Source of the DNA: a virus
Direction: 5' to 3' (one strand)
Virus record (IMG/VR): IMGVR_UViG_3300029267_001061
Location: 3,332-67,331 of that record
Length of the DNA stretch: 64,000 bases
Shown: one piece after another, positions 17,138 to 27,447 of the stretch
Layout: the number at the start of each line of letters is the position of its first letter
How positions within the stretch are numbered: position 1 is the stretch's first letter
Made by a program: the position numbers and the translations under genes
The notes under the pieces: generated by a model
The model's database searches: none
What the model saw: the letters and a program-made list of their open reading frames with translations, nothing else
Told to the model about the DNA's origin: nothing

Positions 17138-19859
17138 AGATCTCGTTGCAAGAGTACGAGTCATCACCGGCAAGGGTGAGGCAGCGCTCAAGCAGGTTGA
17201 TCAGCGATTCACGAAGATCAAGGTCACGGCAGAGAAATCGTCTACGGCCATTGATCAGTTCGCGGATGACCTCTCAAAGCAGGGTGGGCGGGCTGTTGAC
17301 ACATTCAACAAGATGACCGCCGCTCAGCAGAGGGGCGTCGCGATGCTTCACAAGTACCGGCACCGTATCATGCTGGCCGGTGCGGCGATGACTACTTACG
17401 CGGGGATCTCGACGAAGATGGGTGCCGACACCTTGGACTGGGAGCGCAAGTTCGCGGTCGTGTTCGGTGACCACGCGGACACAGTCAACAAGTGGATCGA
17501 GAGCAACGCACAACGGTTCGGTATGTCTACGCGAGCAGCGGTCCAGATGGCCGGTGCTTATGCGGACATGCTCGTGCCGATGGGAGCCACACGAGAACAG
17601 GCCGCCGCTATGTCAACTCAGTTGATGGAAGTAGCGGGCTCCCTGTCCTTCTTCAACGGTGTCTCACGAGAACGCGCTAAGGTTGCGTTGCTATCCGCGC
17701 TTGCGGGAGAGGCCGAAGCTATCAAGAGGTTCGGTGTTGACATCAGGCAAACAGCCCTAGAGGAGTTCGCTCTGGCGGAAGGCTTAGTCAAGAGTAAGGA
17801 AGAACTCAAGGGCTTCACGAAGATGCAGGTTATCTTGAAGAAAGTCATGCTTGACTCGACGGACGCGTTGACCGCATCCAAAGACATGAGCGGCTCGCTG
17901 AACATCCAGATGGGTAAGCTAACGGCATCAGTCCAGGACTTCATCGCACGTGGTGGTAAGCCCGTCGCGAAAGTACTCGCCAAAGTCATCGACAAGGGAA
18001 TCGCTCCCTTCCTCGATGGCCTCCTGAAGATCCCTGGCCTTGCTCCGGTGGTGACGGTACTAACCGCAACCCTCGGCCCGTTGGTGTCTGGAGTCGGCGG
18101 AGTCGCAGAGAGCATGTTCTTCACTCTCAAAGTGCTAGACATGTTCGGGCTCAGTGTATCTTCCATCGTCGATATACTCCGCCACCCGATCCTTGCCTTC
18201 AAGCTCTTGAACATGAGGCTGTGGGGCGGGGTGAAAGCTTTCGTCGCCAACAAAGCGGCGGCCATTGCGAACGCTGTGGCCAACTCGACCGCAGGTGTGG
18301 CGATTGGGGTCTACTCCATGAGTGTGTGGAGTGCGGTCACGGCAACGTGGGCGTTCACAACAGCTCTGCTGGCCAACCCTTTGACGTGGATCATAATGGC
18401 TATCGTCGCTGCGATCGCCGCACTCGGGGTTGGACTGTACTTCCTGATCAAGCACTTCGACAAGGTGAAGAAAGCCTTCCAGAAGTTCGGCAAGATGTGG
18501 GTCAACATCTGGCAAACGATCACGGGAGCGCTGAAGCGAGTTTGGGGTAGCATCACAGGTTTCTTCACGAACTTGGTCGGCCTATTCCGCGGCCTTGACA
18601 TCGTGGGGCACATCAAAGGTGCCTTCATCGCGGCCTGGAACTGGATCAAGAAGTACGTGCTGCTCTGGGATATCTGGGGCTACATCTGGCAAGCAATGAA
18701 GAAGGGTTGGCAGAAATTCATCGAAGGTTTCAAGAGCGCACTCCGATGGCTCAGGAACCTACTGCCATTCTCGCCAGCGAAAGAAGGACCGCTCTCGGAT
18801 CTCCAGCTTGTGGGACCTGGGTTCATCAACACGATCGCCGGCGGAATCATGTCGAACATGCCGACTCTCCGCAAAGCAGTACACGAAGTCTCTGCCGCGA
18901 TGTCGCAAGTACAAGTCGCTGCGGCCGGTGGGGATCTCGGACCGGAAGGTGCAACACCAGCACCTGCTGTACAAGAAGAGCCGAAGCTAGATCTACTCGG
19001 CACCTTCCTCAACACTCTGACGAGTGGTGGGGATCTCGGTGGGATGATATCCAATCTTGCCGGCCAGGTGTTGGGATCGGATGGTGGGGGCCTGCTCGAC
19101 TCCGTCCTAGGGTTGTTAGGTGGGGGCGAGGGAGGTGGACTATTATCATCCGTCCTTGGTCTCGTTACAGGTGGGGGTGGTGGCGGGATCCTAAGTTCCG
19201 TCATGGGCCTGCTCGGTGGTGGTGGCGAAGGTGGAGACGGTGGTGGAGGCAATCTCCTCTCCACGATCGGTGGCATCGCTGGAAACCTGTTCGGCGGGCC
19301 CATCGGTGGTATGATCGGCAAGTTCGCCGGAGATATCCTCGGTGGGGAAGGCGGGATTCTTAGTGGAATCATGGGGCTATTCGGTGGGGACGGTGAGGGA
19401 GGCGGTATTCTCAGCACCATCACCAACCTGGTCGGCGGCCTCTTTGGCGGAGGAGAAGGCGGCGGGATCCTCAGCACCATCATGGGTCTCTTCTCTGGAG
19501 ACGGGCTCGGTGGGATCTTCGATTCCATCATGGGTCTCTTCGGTGGGGGCGGTGAAGGTGGAGGACTCCTGAGCGGTATCTTGGGAGTCGCAGGCAACCT
19601 ACTCGGCGGACTCCTCGGCCCACCTCCGGCACCACCTGCACTAGCGGGAGCGGGAGCCGGCGGTATCAACATCAACGTCAATGTCACCGTTCAAGCGAAG
19701 GGCGGTGTGGGCAAGGCGGAAGCTGAAGAAACTGGTCGGAAGATCGGATCCTCCACAGCAAGGGAGATTCGCGAACAGATCGGCAGCTACCTCCTTGAGG
19801 TACTGGAAGGGCAGAAGTACAACGCCCTCCCGGACGAAGGCCACAGGCACCAGGACTAA
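17130..19859 (+). CDS. Tape measure protein
   Basis: Ala-rich helical 909 aa; ALLANPLTWII; LPFSPAKEGPLS; Gly-rich C-terminus. Confidence 0.92.
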   Translation: MLRDLVARVRVITGKGEAALKQVDQRFTKIKVTAEKSSTAIDQFADDLSKQGGRAVDTFNKMTAAQQRGVAMLHKYRHRIMLAGAAMTTYAGISTKMGADTLDWERKFAVVFGDHADTVNKWIESNAQRFGMSTRAAVQMAGAYADMLVPMGATREQAAAMSTQLMEVAGSLSFFNGVSRERAKVALLSALAGEAEAIKRFGVDIRQTALEEFALAEGLVKSKEELKGFTKMQVILKKVMLDSTDALTASKDMSGSLNIQMGKLTASVQDFIARGGKPVAKVLAKVIDKGIAPFLDGLLKIPGLAPVVTVLTATLGPLVSGVGGVAESMFFTLKVLDMFGLSVSSIVDILRHPILAFKLLNMRLWGGVKAFVANKAAAIANAVANSTAGVAIGVYSMSVWSAVTATWAFTTALLANPLTWIIMAIVAAIAALGVGLYFLIKHFDKVKKAFQKFGKMWVNIWQTITGALKRVWGSITGFFTNLVGLFRGLDIVGHIKGAFIAAWNWIKKYVLLWDIWGYIWQAMKKGWQKFIEGFKSALRWLRNLLPFSPAKEGPLSDLQLVGPGFINTIAGGIMSNMPTLRKAVHEVSAAMSQVQVAAAGGDLGPEGATPAPAVQEEPKLDLLGTFLNTLTSGGDLGGMISNLAGQVLGSDGGGLLDSVLGLLGGGEGGGLLSSVLGLVTGGGGGGILSSVMGLLGGGGEGGDGGGGNLLSTIGGIAGNLFGGPIGGMIGKFAGDILGGEGGILSGIMGLFGGDGEGGGILSTITNLVGGLFGGGEGGGILSTIMGLFSGDGLGGIFDSIMGLFGGGGEGGGLLSGILGVAGNLLGGLLGPPPAPPALAGAGAGGININVNVTVQAKGGVGKAEAEETGRKIGSSTAREIREQIGSYLLEVLEGQKYNALPDEGHRHQD
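19025..19620 (+). repeat. Gly-rich peptide repeats GGG(I/L)LSx(I/V)xGL(F/L)GG
   Basis: More than ten imperfect copies in the tape measure C-terminus. Confidence 0.85.
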
Positions 19860-19862
19860 GCT

Positions 19863-20960
19863 ATGGCAATCACATACGAGAGACACATACTGGTCAAGCT
19901 AGGGGTGACCGGCGGAGTCAGTGATATGGGTGTGGATTTCGAGTGGTACTACCCTGCGGGGAAGAAGCGCTACTTGGAGTTCAACGCCACTGTCGACTGT
20001 GACAGCGACGACAACGTCGGCACCTTGGATGTATGGAACCTCACAGAAGCCAAGCTGCGTCAGATCTATGACGCCCTGAAGCAGGCCGGTATCAAGATCG
20101 AGGAGGGAGACCCTGATGGCGCGTTCCACCCGTATGCAGAAGTGTACGCGGGATACGGCCCCGGTCAACCGCCCCTGATCTTCAACGGTCGAATCCTGAA
20201 GCTGCCTGAGATGAAGTGGTCCGGCGCCGATATGATCACGTCGTTCAAGCTGGGCCGTGACACTGAAGATCGAACTGCGAGAAAGCGATGCAACCGTGAA
20301 TGGACTCCGGGTACCATGTGGAGCACGGTTGTGCGTGATTTGCTCAACGACCTGGAGATCGCCCTCGGGGCACCCCCGGAGCTCGGGGTTGACTACCCGT
20401 TGAAGGAGGACCTCCAGTTCGCGCCGGAGATGGCTATCCGCTCCGCGCTCGACCAATGTGCGCAGAACACGGATAGTGAGTTCTATGTACTCAATTCGCT
20501 CGCCTTCTTCGTTCCGCGTGGATGGGGCATCCCGACGGGTTCAGCGCTCTCGCCTGAGACCGGCCTCATCCACAATGCGGAGATCGCGTTCCAGGCAGCC
20601 TGGACTGGCGTGGAGGAGATTCACTTCACGTGCTTGATGAACTCCTGGATCTCGCTGAACTCAATGGTCCCGATTGAAAGTGCTAACTTCACCGGTACTG
20701 TGAAGGTGAAGTCGATCACGTATAATATCGGGAACCACGACTTCTACATGGTCTGCAAGGGTGAGATTCTAGATGAACAAACCCAGCTGGCCACGCAGAG
20801 GCAGTACGTACAAGACAGGCTGGATGCCTTGCGCAAGTCGAACAAGAGACAAACCGTCTTCGCGCAGGGCAATCGGATTAGTATCATGAGCCCCGAGGAG
20901 GTTGAGGCCCAGGGGATCGAGATCCCTGCCGACCCGGTACCGCCGGAAGAGCAGGAATAG
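19863..20960 (+). CDS. Baseplate hub protein
   Basis: VWNLT, AGY...LIFNG, LSPETGLI motifs. Confidence 0.8.
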   Translation: MAITYERHILVKLGVTGGVSDMGVDFEWYYPAGKKRYLEFNATVDCDSDDNVGTLDVWNLTEAKLRQIYDALKQAGIKIEEGDPDGAFHPYAEVYAGYGPGQPPLIFNGRILKLPEMKWSGADMITSFKLGRDTEDRTARKRCNREWTPGTMWSTVVRDLLNDLEIALGAPPELGVDYPLKEDLQFAPEMAIRSALDQCAQNTDSEFYVLNSLAFFVPRGWGIPTGSALSPETGLIHNAEIAFQAAWTGVEEIHFTCLMNSWISLNSMVPIESANFTGTVKVKSITYNIGNHDFYMVCKGEILDEQTQLATQRQYVQDRLDALRKSNKRQTVFAQGNRISIMSPEEVEAQGIEIPADPVPPEEQE

Positions 20961-20973
20961 CTAGGAGACGGAC

Positions 20974-22134
20974 ATGTCCATAGCAAGCGCACTGAGTGCA
21001 GCAACGAGCTTCGCCGAAGGAGTCGTCGACACTGCGCTCTCTTTCACACAAACAGCCAGCGAGTTCTTGGCTGACTTCCCGTTCCCGATGCCCACCATTG
21101 GGCTCGGATCTTTCTCTGCTATCCCGACCTCCAACCCGTTCAACCTCGGGCCGAGTGAACCAGAGCAAACTAAGCTCGTCATCGGGGGAGCCGTGTTCCA
21201 GGTCGTCAGCCGTGAAACCCTCACCGAAACTCTAGACCCGCAGAAGCATCCTGTGGAAACGAGTCATCAGATCATGGACCACGCTTGGCGTGACCCGCTG
21301 AAGATCTCAATCCAGGGCTGGTTGATTGGGTATCCCCGTGAGACGGAAGTTCACAAGCGGGCCTTGGAGCAACTTCAGAAGCTGAAGGAGGATGCCACAC
21401 CTATCACCCTGGTCACAGACTTTCCACCCGGCCAAGTGAAGGACATGCTTCTCGTCTCGCTGAAGGCCACCCGGAAGATGCCTTGGGGCAATGGCTATGA
21501 GGTAACTGCTGAGTTTGAACAGGTTCACTACGTGGACCAGGTCGCCAGCCCTGCCGCTTCTTCCCGCTCCGATCCGGGCCTCTCGCTCGATGGGATGTCA
21601 TTCGCGTCGACGGATCTACCCGCCACAAGCAGTCAGGGCCTGCAGACTCCATACTCGCTTACGCTCCCGAGTCTAGCCGAGATGCCCAGTGGCGACGCTA
21701 GTCAGGTTGACAACATGGTCGTATCGTTCGCCGGAGATATCCCCAGCACGGACATGGCTCTGGCCCTTGATGCTTCGTTCTCTGACATGCAGGCTGAGAA
21801 GTCAGCGGGACTGGCAATCGTGGAACAGTTCATGAACGGCGACAACCAGGCGTACGAGGCACTCCGAGAAGGATCCAGCGTACTGCCCGACGGGCCTGGA
21901 GTAATCGACAACATGTGGGACGCGCTTCATCAAGCGCAAGGGCTATCCGCCGGTCCCCAAGTGGTCGATTCCGACAAGGCGCCAGCAGCACGATCATTCG
22001 ACCAGCAACTGCGAAGTGAAGGAATCACTGCTGAGTCGGTCGCCATGGACTTGATCAGCAAGACGATTGGAAACGCAGCGGCGAACACCGCCAAGTCGGA
22101 TGCCGCGAAGATGCTAGCGAGGTGGGTCCGATGA
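20974..22134 (+). CDS. Dit-like baseplate/tail initiation protein
   Basis: HPVE...DHAW..P..I.I.G...FEQV motif. Confidence 0.7.
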   Translation: MSIASALSAATSFAEGVVDTALSFTQTASEFLADFPFPMPTIGLGSFSAIPTSNPFNLGPSEPEQTKLVIGGAVFQVVSRETLTETLDPQKHPVETSHQIMDHAWRDPLKISIQGWLIGYPRETEVHKRALEQLQKLKEDATPITLVTDFPPGQVKDMLLVSLKATRKMPWGNGYEVTAEFEQVHYVDQVASPAASSRSDPGLSLDGMSFASTDLPATSSQGLQTPYSLTLPSLAEMPSGDASQVDNMVVSFAGDIPSTDMALALDASFSDMQAEKSAGLAIVEQFMNGDNQAYEALREGSSVLPDGPGVIDNMWDALHQAQGLSAGPQVVDSDKAPAARSFDQQLRSEGITAESVAMDLISKTIGNAAANTAKSDAAKMLARWVR

Positions 22135-22514
22135 CCAGTTCAAGACGAGTACAGGCTATCCCAACGCGCCAAACCTTGATGGACATTCAAGCCCTGCCGC
22201 TTCCGGGCGATGTCGTCCTGAAGATGCCTTACACCTGGAAGCAGCGGATCAGTGGGCAGTTCCTCGAGTTCACGGTTGACTACAACAACTTCGGCAAGTT
22301 CTTCACCCTTGCGGTTCGGGACTACCGGGGGGATGAACTCTGCAAGACTGCGCTCACGTACGGGGTGGATGCGCTGAGGATGTTCCAGCACATTCCAGAA
22401 GTCACGGGTATCCATATCGTACCGTTCGACCCGGCCTTCCGGTACCTGCGCGTGGGCATCCGAACCGAGAACTTCGGCAACTCGATCCGTCTCTGGTTAG
22501 GAGTTGATTCCTAG
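22131..22514 (+). CDS. Baseplate protein
   Basis: YN...FFTL...LTYGVD motif; synteny. Confidence 0.65.
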   Translation: MTSSRRVQAIPTRQTLMDIQALPLPGDVVLKMPYTWKQRISGQFLEFTVDYNNFGKFFTLAVRDYRGDELCKTALTYGVDALRMFQHIPEVTGIHIVPFDPAFRYLRVGIRTENFGNSIRLWLGVDS

Positions 22515-23281
22515 TGGGCGGCGAGAGCAATGTCCGAGAAGTCAGAGAGGGCCTGAAGAGGTTCGTGCGCCAGAACATCGAGACGGTGCACATCGGCTTC
22601 CTCGCTGTTGTGGAAGAATACCTGGGGCCCGTCATCAACTCGTATGGACGCGGAGAAACCGTTGGAGCGCTGAAGGCTCGGGCCAACATTCGACCGAAGC
22701 AGAAGCGAGTGCTACACGATGGGGAAGAACACGAGCTGAAGAAGATCTGGAACGTACCGGTCAGTTGGTACAAGATGGGTGACTTCATCGTGAGGTTCCC
22801 CCTCAAGAAAGGCGACGTGGTGATGTGTTTGGTGTCTGAGAGGGCGCTCGACCATTTGATCGTAGATCACGATCCCGCGCACCCCCAGCTGAAGGACTTC
22901 GCTCGAATCAACGATGCTGTCATCATGCCTTTCGGGGTACGGATGGATGAAGATCCACACACGCCGGATGAAGTGCTCGATGGAATCTACTTCGCGTTGG
23001 TGGACGACGACAACGCTCCGATCTCGAAGTTCATGATGAAGGCAGACGGAGAGGTGAAGATCGTGGCCCCGAAGTTCACGGTCATCTCACCCGACATCAA
23101 CATGGTCGACCATGACGGACCGCAGGTCTCGCGTGTAGGAGACAAGGACGATGATGCAGGCTGCTCGGGCAATGGCCCCAATGACAAGCTGATCGAGGGT
23201 TCTCCATCGATGAAGGTTGCGGATGAAAGTACATACACGCCTGGGGCTATCACTGAGCCCAGGTTCACAGGAGGTGGATAG
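22514..23281 (+). CDS. Baseplate spike (Gp138-N-like)
   Basis: NVPV...FPLKKGD.V..LVSER.LD; C-terminal RVGD. Confidence 0.85.
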   Translation: MGGESNVREVREGLKRFVRQNIETVHIGFLAVVEEYLGPVINSYGRGETVGALKARANIRPKQKRVLHDGEEHELKKIWNVPVSWYKMGDFIVRFPLKKGDVVMCLVSERALDHLIVDHDPAHPQLKDFARINDAVIMPFGVRMDEDPHTPDEVLDGIYFALVDDDNAPISKFMMKADGEVKIVAPKFTVISPDINMVDHDGPQVSRVGDKDDDAGCSGNGPNDKLIEGSPSMKVADESTYTPGAITEPRFTGGG

Positions 23282-23283
23282 CC

Positions 23284-23709
23284 ATGGCAGTTGAGCCCTA
23301 TCGCGGACACGTCTCCATGGATGTCACCGAGAAAGAAGGGTACTTCGACCTCCAGCTAGACGACCAAGGCCGCGTGAAGCTATTGACCGGTGCTCGTGAA
23401 GTCGCACAGGCTGCCGAGCTCCGCCTTCGGTTGTGGATGAAGGGTTGGTTCTTGGATGTCGACCACGGGTTCCCTTGGGAACGAGTTGTGGGTCGGAAAG
23501 ACTTCACTCGCGAGGAGTTCGTCATGTGGGCGGTGAAAGTGATTCTGCGAGACGAGCGCATTCGCTCAGTCACTCGCACCGAAGTCATCAGCTTCCCGCC
23601 AGATGGTGGCGGACCGCGAGCCAAGGATGGAATCCTGGAGTTCGAGTGGAGAGGGACCACTATGAGTGGTGAGGAGCTACAACAACGGGTGGAGCTATCC
23701 ATCCTCTAA
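23284..23709 (+). CDS. Baseplate wedge/sheath initiator
   Basis: RLRLWMKGWFLDVDHGFPW. Confidence 0.8.
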   Translation: MAVEPYRGHVSMDVTEKEGYFDLQLDDQGRVKLLTGAREVAQAAELRLRLWMKGWFLDVDHGFPWERVVGRKDFTREEFVMWAVKVILRDERIRSVTRTEVISFPPDGGGPRAKDGILEFEWRGTTMSGEELQQRVELSIL

Positions 23710-23716
23710 GGGGTGA

Positions 23717-25402
23717 TTGATCGTGGCTGAACATGGATGGCTCAGATCCGGTTTCGTCCGTAGGAAGTTCGCCACCATTCGTGACGCGACGTACGAGAAG
23801 CTCAGAGAGAAGTGGGGAGACCACATCGATCTGAGCGATGATTCATTGCCGGCGATCTTGATTCAGGTACTCCTGTTCGAGATCGGCATCCTGTGGAAGG
23901 CTGTGGAGTCGGTCTTCTACTCGCGCTACATTACAACCGCGCGGGGAACGGCACTGGACCATCTCGGACAGCGAAGGATGTTGACGAGGCAAGGCGAAAC
24001 CTACGCGACGGGAATCCTGAAGGGCACTGCGGATGAGGGAACGGTAGTCAATGTGAACACGGTTGTCCGACATGCTAGCGGGGCCGAGTTCGTGGTGACC
24101 AAGCAACGCACCTTCCCCGCAAGCGGTATCATCGACATCCCGATCCAGGCTTCAGAGTCTGGTCCGGGCGGGAACAAGGTTGTGGGCGGTACTTGGGTCT
24201 ACACCCTTGGAGAGGTTGCCCTGTCCGGTGCTGCCGAGGAACACAACTTCGAGACCTTCGATGATGCACTGATCACGGGGTACTCGTACCTGCCGGCGGA
24301 GGAACGGTTTGACACGTATCAGGAGGTTGACGTCTCAGACCTGCGTTACCCGCTCAGTCTAGACACGCTGGCAGTTCCGATCAAGAACAACAGCGATCAA
24401 ACTGAGATCTTCTACTTCTACCTGGTTGTCAGGGACAAGGATACGGGTACTTACATCGGGCAAACGCAGACTAAGCACCTGTCCCTTGAGGCTGGCACTG
24501 AGCAAGTCGTTTCATTCGACGGGCAAGACATCGATGTGTCCGACTACACTACCGTCGAGGTCTCCTTCGTCTTGGCTTATGGGAGCTCGGCTGCGCTGGG
24601 CTTGGCGGTCAACAACACCGCCCCATACAACGGAGGCTACTACCTGCAGGGCGAAGCTCAGACAGGGTATGATGTGTGCTTGGTGGTCACCACGATCGCC
24701 GGCGGCAAAACCACAGGAGGCCAGTACGAGGAAGGAGATTCGGAGTTCGCTTTCCGCCAGCAACGAGCAATGGCGAAGGGCGCTGCTGCGATCCCCGAAG
24801 CCATTGAATCTCACTTGTGGGATGTGGATGGAGTTCGCCATGTGAAGGTGGACTTCAATCCGACACTCGTCGAGGATTCAAACGGCGTGGGGCCGAAAGC
24901 CGTCAGGGCTACGGTCGCCGGCGGTAAGGTCCGCGACATTGCGGAGGCACTCCTCGAACATGGGGTCTGCGCTGGCATTGCGACCGACGGAACAAGCACT
25001 CTAAGTGTGCTCGACTCCACTGGAGGCCAGTCAATCCCCGTATCTTTCGAGAGACCGACGGAGATTCCGGTGTACATCCGCGTTCGAGTTATCCCCGAGC
25101 GGGCGAGCTCGATTCCGGAAGCACTACACAACAAGATCCGAGATGCGGTCATCTCCTACGTGGGCGGTTCGCTTGTCGATGGCACGGACATGCGCGGCTT
25201 GAAGCCTGGTGAAGATGTCTCGGTTGCTCAGATCCATCATGCTGTCTGTTCGTTCCGCGGAGTACAGAGCGCGGTCGTTCGACTCTCTCGAGTGGAGATT
25301 CCGGAGACGGACAGCGAAGGAGAAGGTTCGGACTTGGAGATCTTGGTTGGTAACCCGGTCGAGATCGCGACCACAAAGGCAGCGTACATTGAGGTAGTCT
25401 AA
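23717..25402 (+). CDS. Baseplate J-like protein with inserted domain
   Basis: TARGTALD, GPGGN, E.DSEF..R, VDGVRHV, VSFERP. Confidence 0.9.
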   Translation: MIVAEHGWLRSGFVRRKFATIRDATYEKLREKWGDHIDLSDDSLPAILIQVLLFEIGILWKAVESVFYSRYITTARGTALDHLGQRRMLTRQGETYATGILKGTADEGTVVNVNTVVRHASGAEFVVTKQRTFPASGIIDIPIQASESGPGGNKVVGGTWVYTLGEVALSGAAEEHNFETFDDALITGYSYLPAEERFDTYQEVDVSDLRYPLSLDTLAVPIKNNSDQTEIFYFYLVVRDKDTGTYIGQTQTKHLSLEAGTEQVVSFDGQDIDVSDYTTVEVSFVLAYGSSAALGLAVNNTAPYNGGYYLQGEAQTGYDVCLVVTTIAGGKTTGGQYEEGDSEFAFRQQRAMAKGAAAIPEAIESHLWDVDGVRHVKVDFNPTLVEDSNGVGPKAVRATVAGGKVRDIAEALLEHGVCAGIATDGTSTLSVLDSTGGQSIPVSFERPTEIPVYIRVRVIPERASSIPEALHNKIRDAVISYVGGSLVDGTDMRGLKPGEDVSVAQIHHAVCSFRGVQSAVVRLSRVEIPETDSEGEGSDLEILVGNPVEIATTKAAYIEVV

Positions 25403-26409
25403 TGCCTACACAACCTCTCACGACGACCGTTGATGAAGTCCTCGGCAGATTGATCGCCAGACTTGACCACCGATGGAAGCGACAGGCGAGCGAGCTTCCC
25501 GCAACGGCATTGTCCTATGGGTTCCTCGCATCCTGCTCTGTGGAACCAGCTGTGGTCTGGGAGGTGCTCCACGACATTGGGGAGTTCAATGACATCGCGA
25601 ACCTGCGAGATGTCCCGCTAGACCTGGAGTTGGCGGACTACGACCTCGTGATCACGGAGAACTGGGACAATGATACCAAGCTCTGGTGGCTGAAGCTTCA
25701 CCTGATGTTGTACTCATCCGCAGGCCTGATCCCCGAGATCAAGTTCCTGCTGGCGTTCCTCTTCTGGGGGAAGCAGTACACAGGTGAATGGAATCCAGTC
25801 GACGTCTATGCTTGGCTGAAGCAATACGCGGCGCAGATCACAGTGGAAAACAACTACTGCCCGATCTGCAAGTACTATGAACCAGCGTTCTACACCATCA
25901 ACTTCCCAGTCGCTTGGCTGAGCAACATCGCAGCCGAGGACTACATGAGATGGGATCCGAACGACGATGATGAATTACACGAAGCCCCAGCCAACGGTTG
26001 GGGAACCGGGAGGTGGTACGAAGGAGAACAGGACTGGGCGGCCACAACGCTTCAGTTCTTGCGCAGAGCTACAGCGGCTGGCGTCCGTTTCAACGCCCTG
26101 GGGACCCAAGGGTTCCAGTGGGATCCCACTGGGGATGACGAGCTACATGAGACGGAAGAGCACGGCTGGGATACAGGCCGGTGGAACGGGCCGATCGAAG
26201 AACTACTTCGAGAGTACAGCTTACTGCCTGAGTATCAGGCATGGTTCCATGTGTGTCAAGCATCGGAAGACGAGTTCCCTTGGGAATCAGTTGCCAATCT
26301 TCCGCCTAAGCAGCCGTTCCAGTGGGACCCGAACCCGGATGATGAGTTCCATCGGTCCATGACCAGGGGATGGGCATTCGGGGCCTGGGTTGAGATTGAT
26401 GAAGACTGA
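25402..26409 (+). CDS. Baseplate wedge protein with three WDP repeats
   Basis: Follows J; AAGVRF motif; repeats xxWDPxxDDExHxxxxxGWxxGxW. Confidence 0.65.
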   Translation: MPTQPLTTTVDEVLGRLIARLDHRWKRQASELPATALSYGFLASCSVEPAVVWEVLHDIGEFNDIANLRDVPLDLELADYDLVITENWDNDTKLWWLKLHLMLYSSAGLIPEIKFLLAFLFWGKQYTGEWNPVDVYAWLKQYAAQITVENNYCPICKYYEPAFYTINFPVAWLSNIAAEDYMRWDPNDDDELHEAPANGWGTGRWYEGEQDWAATTLQFLRRATAAGVRFNALGTQGFQWDPTGDDELHETEEHGWDTGRWNGPIEELLREYSLLPEYQAWFHVCQASEDEFPWESVANLPPKQPFQWDPNPDDEFHRSMTRGWAFGAWVEIDED

Positions 26410-26419
26410 GGGCTATAAT
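26390..26419 (+). promoter_or_regulatory. Possible internal sigma70-like promoter
   Basis: TTGAGA-N18-TATAAT, the same hexamers as at 5173-5200. Confidence 0.45.
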
Positions 26420-26441
26420 GCCCTGAGGAGGTAGAGGACAA

Positions 26442-27083
26442 ATGTCACTGATTACACTACAGTTCCCGCCTTGGGAAGATGAGGGGACTCTGCCGCCGTC
26501 TGGGAAGCGTAACTTCGTTGCTGGGTACTACCCGAAACCGCAGTATCACGATGCTCTGATGTACCGGAACCGCGCAGATCATGAAACCTTCGCGACCTAC
26601 ATCGAGCAGTACGGTACCGCTCAGCACTTCCTGTTCGACGACATGCTCACGCTTAGTGGGATGGCTTCAGGCCAGCCCCCGGTTGCAGCGGTTGTCGGAC
26701 GATGGCCCGTGTTCCAGTTCGCTCAGAACATCGTGCCTTCTGGTGAAGTCCAAGAAGTCTATGTCTTCCCTCGATTCGCCGGAACGACTGGCTTCGTCTA
26801 CATCCAGTGGAGTTCACCGGATACGACGGGGAAGAATGTCGTCTGGGGAGTTGACGTGCAGGCAATCCCTGTTGGTGGAGATTTCGCATCTTCAGGTGCC
26901 GCGACAACGGCGATCTGTGCGGACACCGCACTGGCCGATGTTCGGAACCAGTCGAAGATTGCGATCGGGCCCGTAGCGGCTGCCGGATACATGTTAGGTA
27001 TCCGGGTATACCGCGACTGGGAAAGCGCTAACGATGACCCGATCACTGCGAACTTGCACGCGATCTGGGTCCTCACGGTATAG
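26442..27083 (+). CDS. Tail fibre proximal/structural protein
   Basis: W..GT.PP....F..GY.P N-terminus typical of fibre attachment. Confidence 0.6.
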   Translation: MSLITLQFPPWEDEGTLPPSGKRNFVAGYYPKPQYHDALMYRNRADHETFATYIEQYGTAQHFLFDDMLTLSGMASGQPPVAAVVGRWPVFQFAQNIVPSGEVQEVYVFPRFAGTTGFVYIQWSSPDTTGKNVVWGVDVQAIPVGGDFASSGAATTAICADTALADVRNQSKIAIGPVAAAGYMLGIRVYRDWESANDDPITANLHAIWVLTV

Positions 27084-27091
27084 GAGGGGCC

Positions 27092-27436
27092 ATGTCCGGA
27101 TTCCTTGACCCGAAACGCTACGGCGGGGTCGATGTCGGCGTGTTCGCCAGCAGACCAGCCCCAGATGCGGTGCCCGAGGAGTTTGTCTACGTCGCCGTGG
27201 ACACGACTTCCATCTACGCGGTCCAGAGTGGAGCGTGGGTGAAAGTCGCTGATCTGACGGCGGGCGTAGATTGGTCGGAGCTCACGAACAAGCCTGACGA
27301 GTTCCCACCTGAAGATCACGACCTTGACACTGCGCACACGGGATCACTGAGCATCACGCGTGTTCTCGGCCATGACCAGTGGGCCCCGGCTCACTACCGA
27401 ATGGCTCTGATGGCGCAAGTGCTCGGAAAGATGTAA
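27092..27436 (+). CDS. Short tail fibre-like protein
   Basis: RPA...YVA.DT..IY...W and WSELTNKPDEFPPEDH motifs. Confidence 0.65.
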   Translation: MSGFLDPKRYGGVDVGVFASRPAPDAVPEEFVYVAVDTTSIYAVQSGAWVKVADLTAGVDWSELTNKPDEFPPEDHDLDTAHTGSLSITRVLGHDQWAPAHYRMALMAQVLGKM

Positions 27437-27447
27437 GGAGGTAGAGA

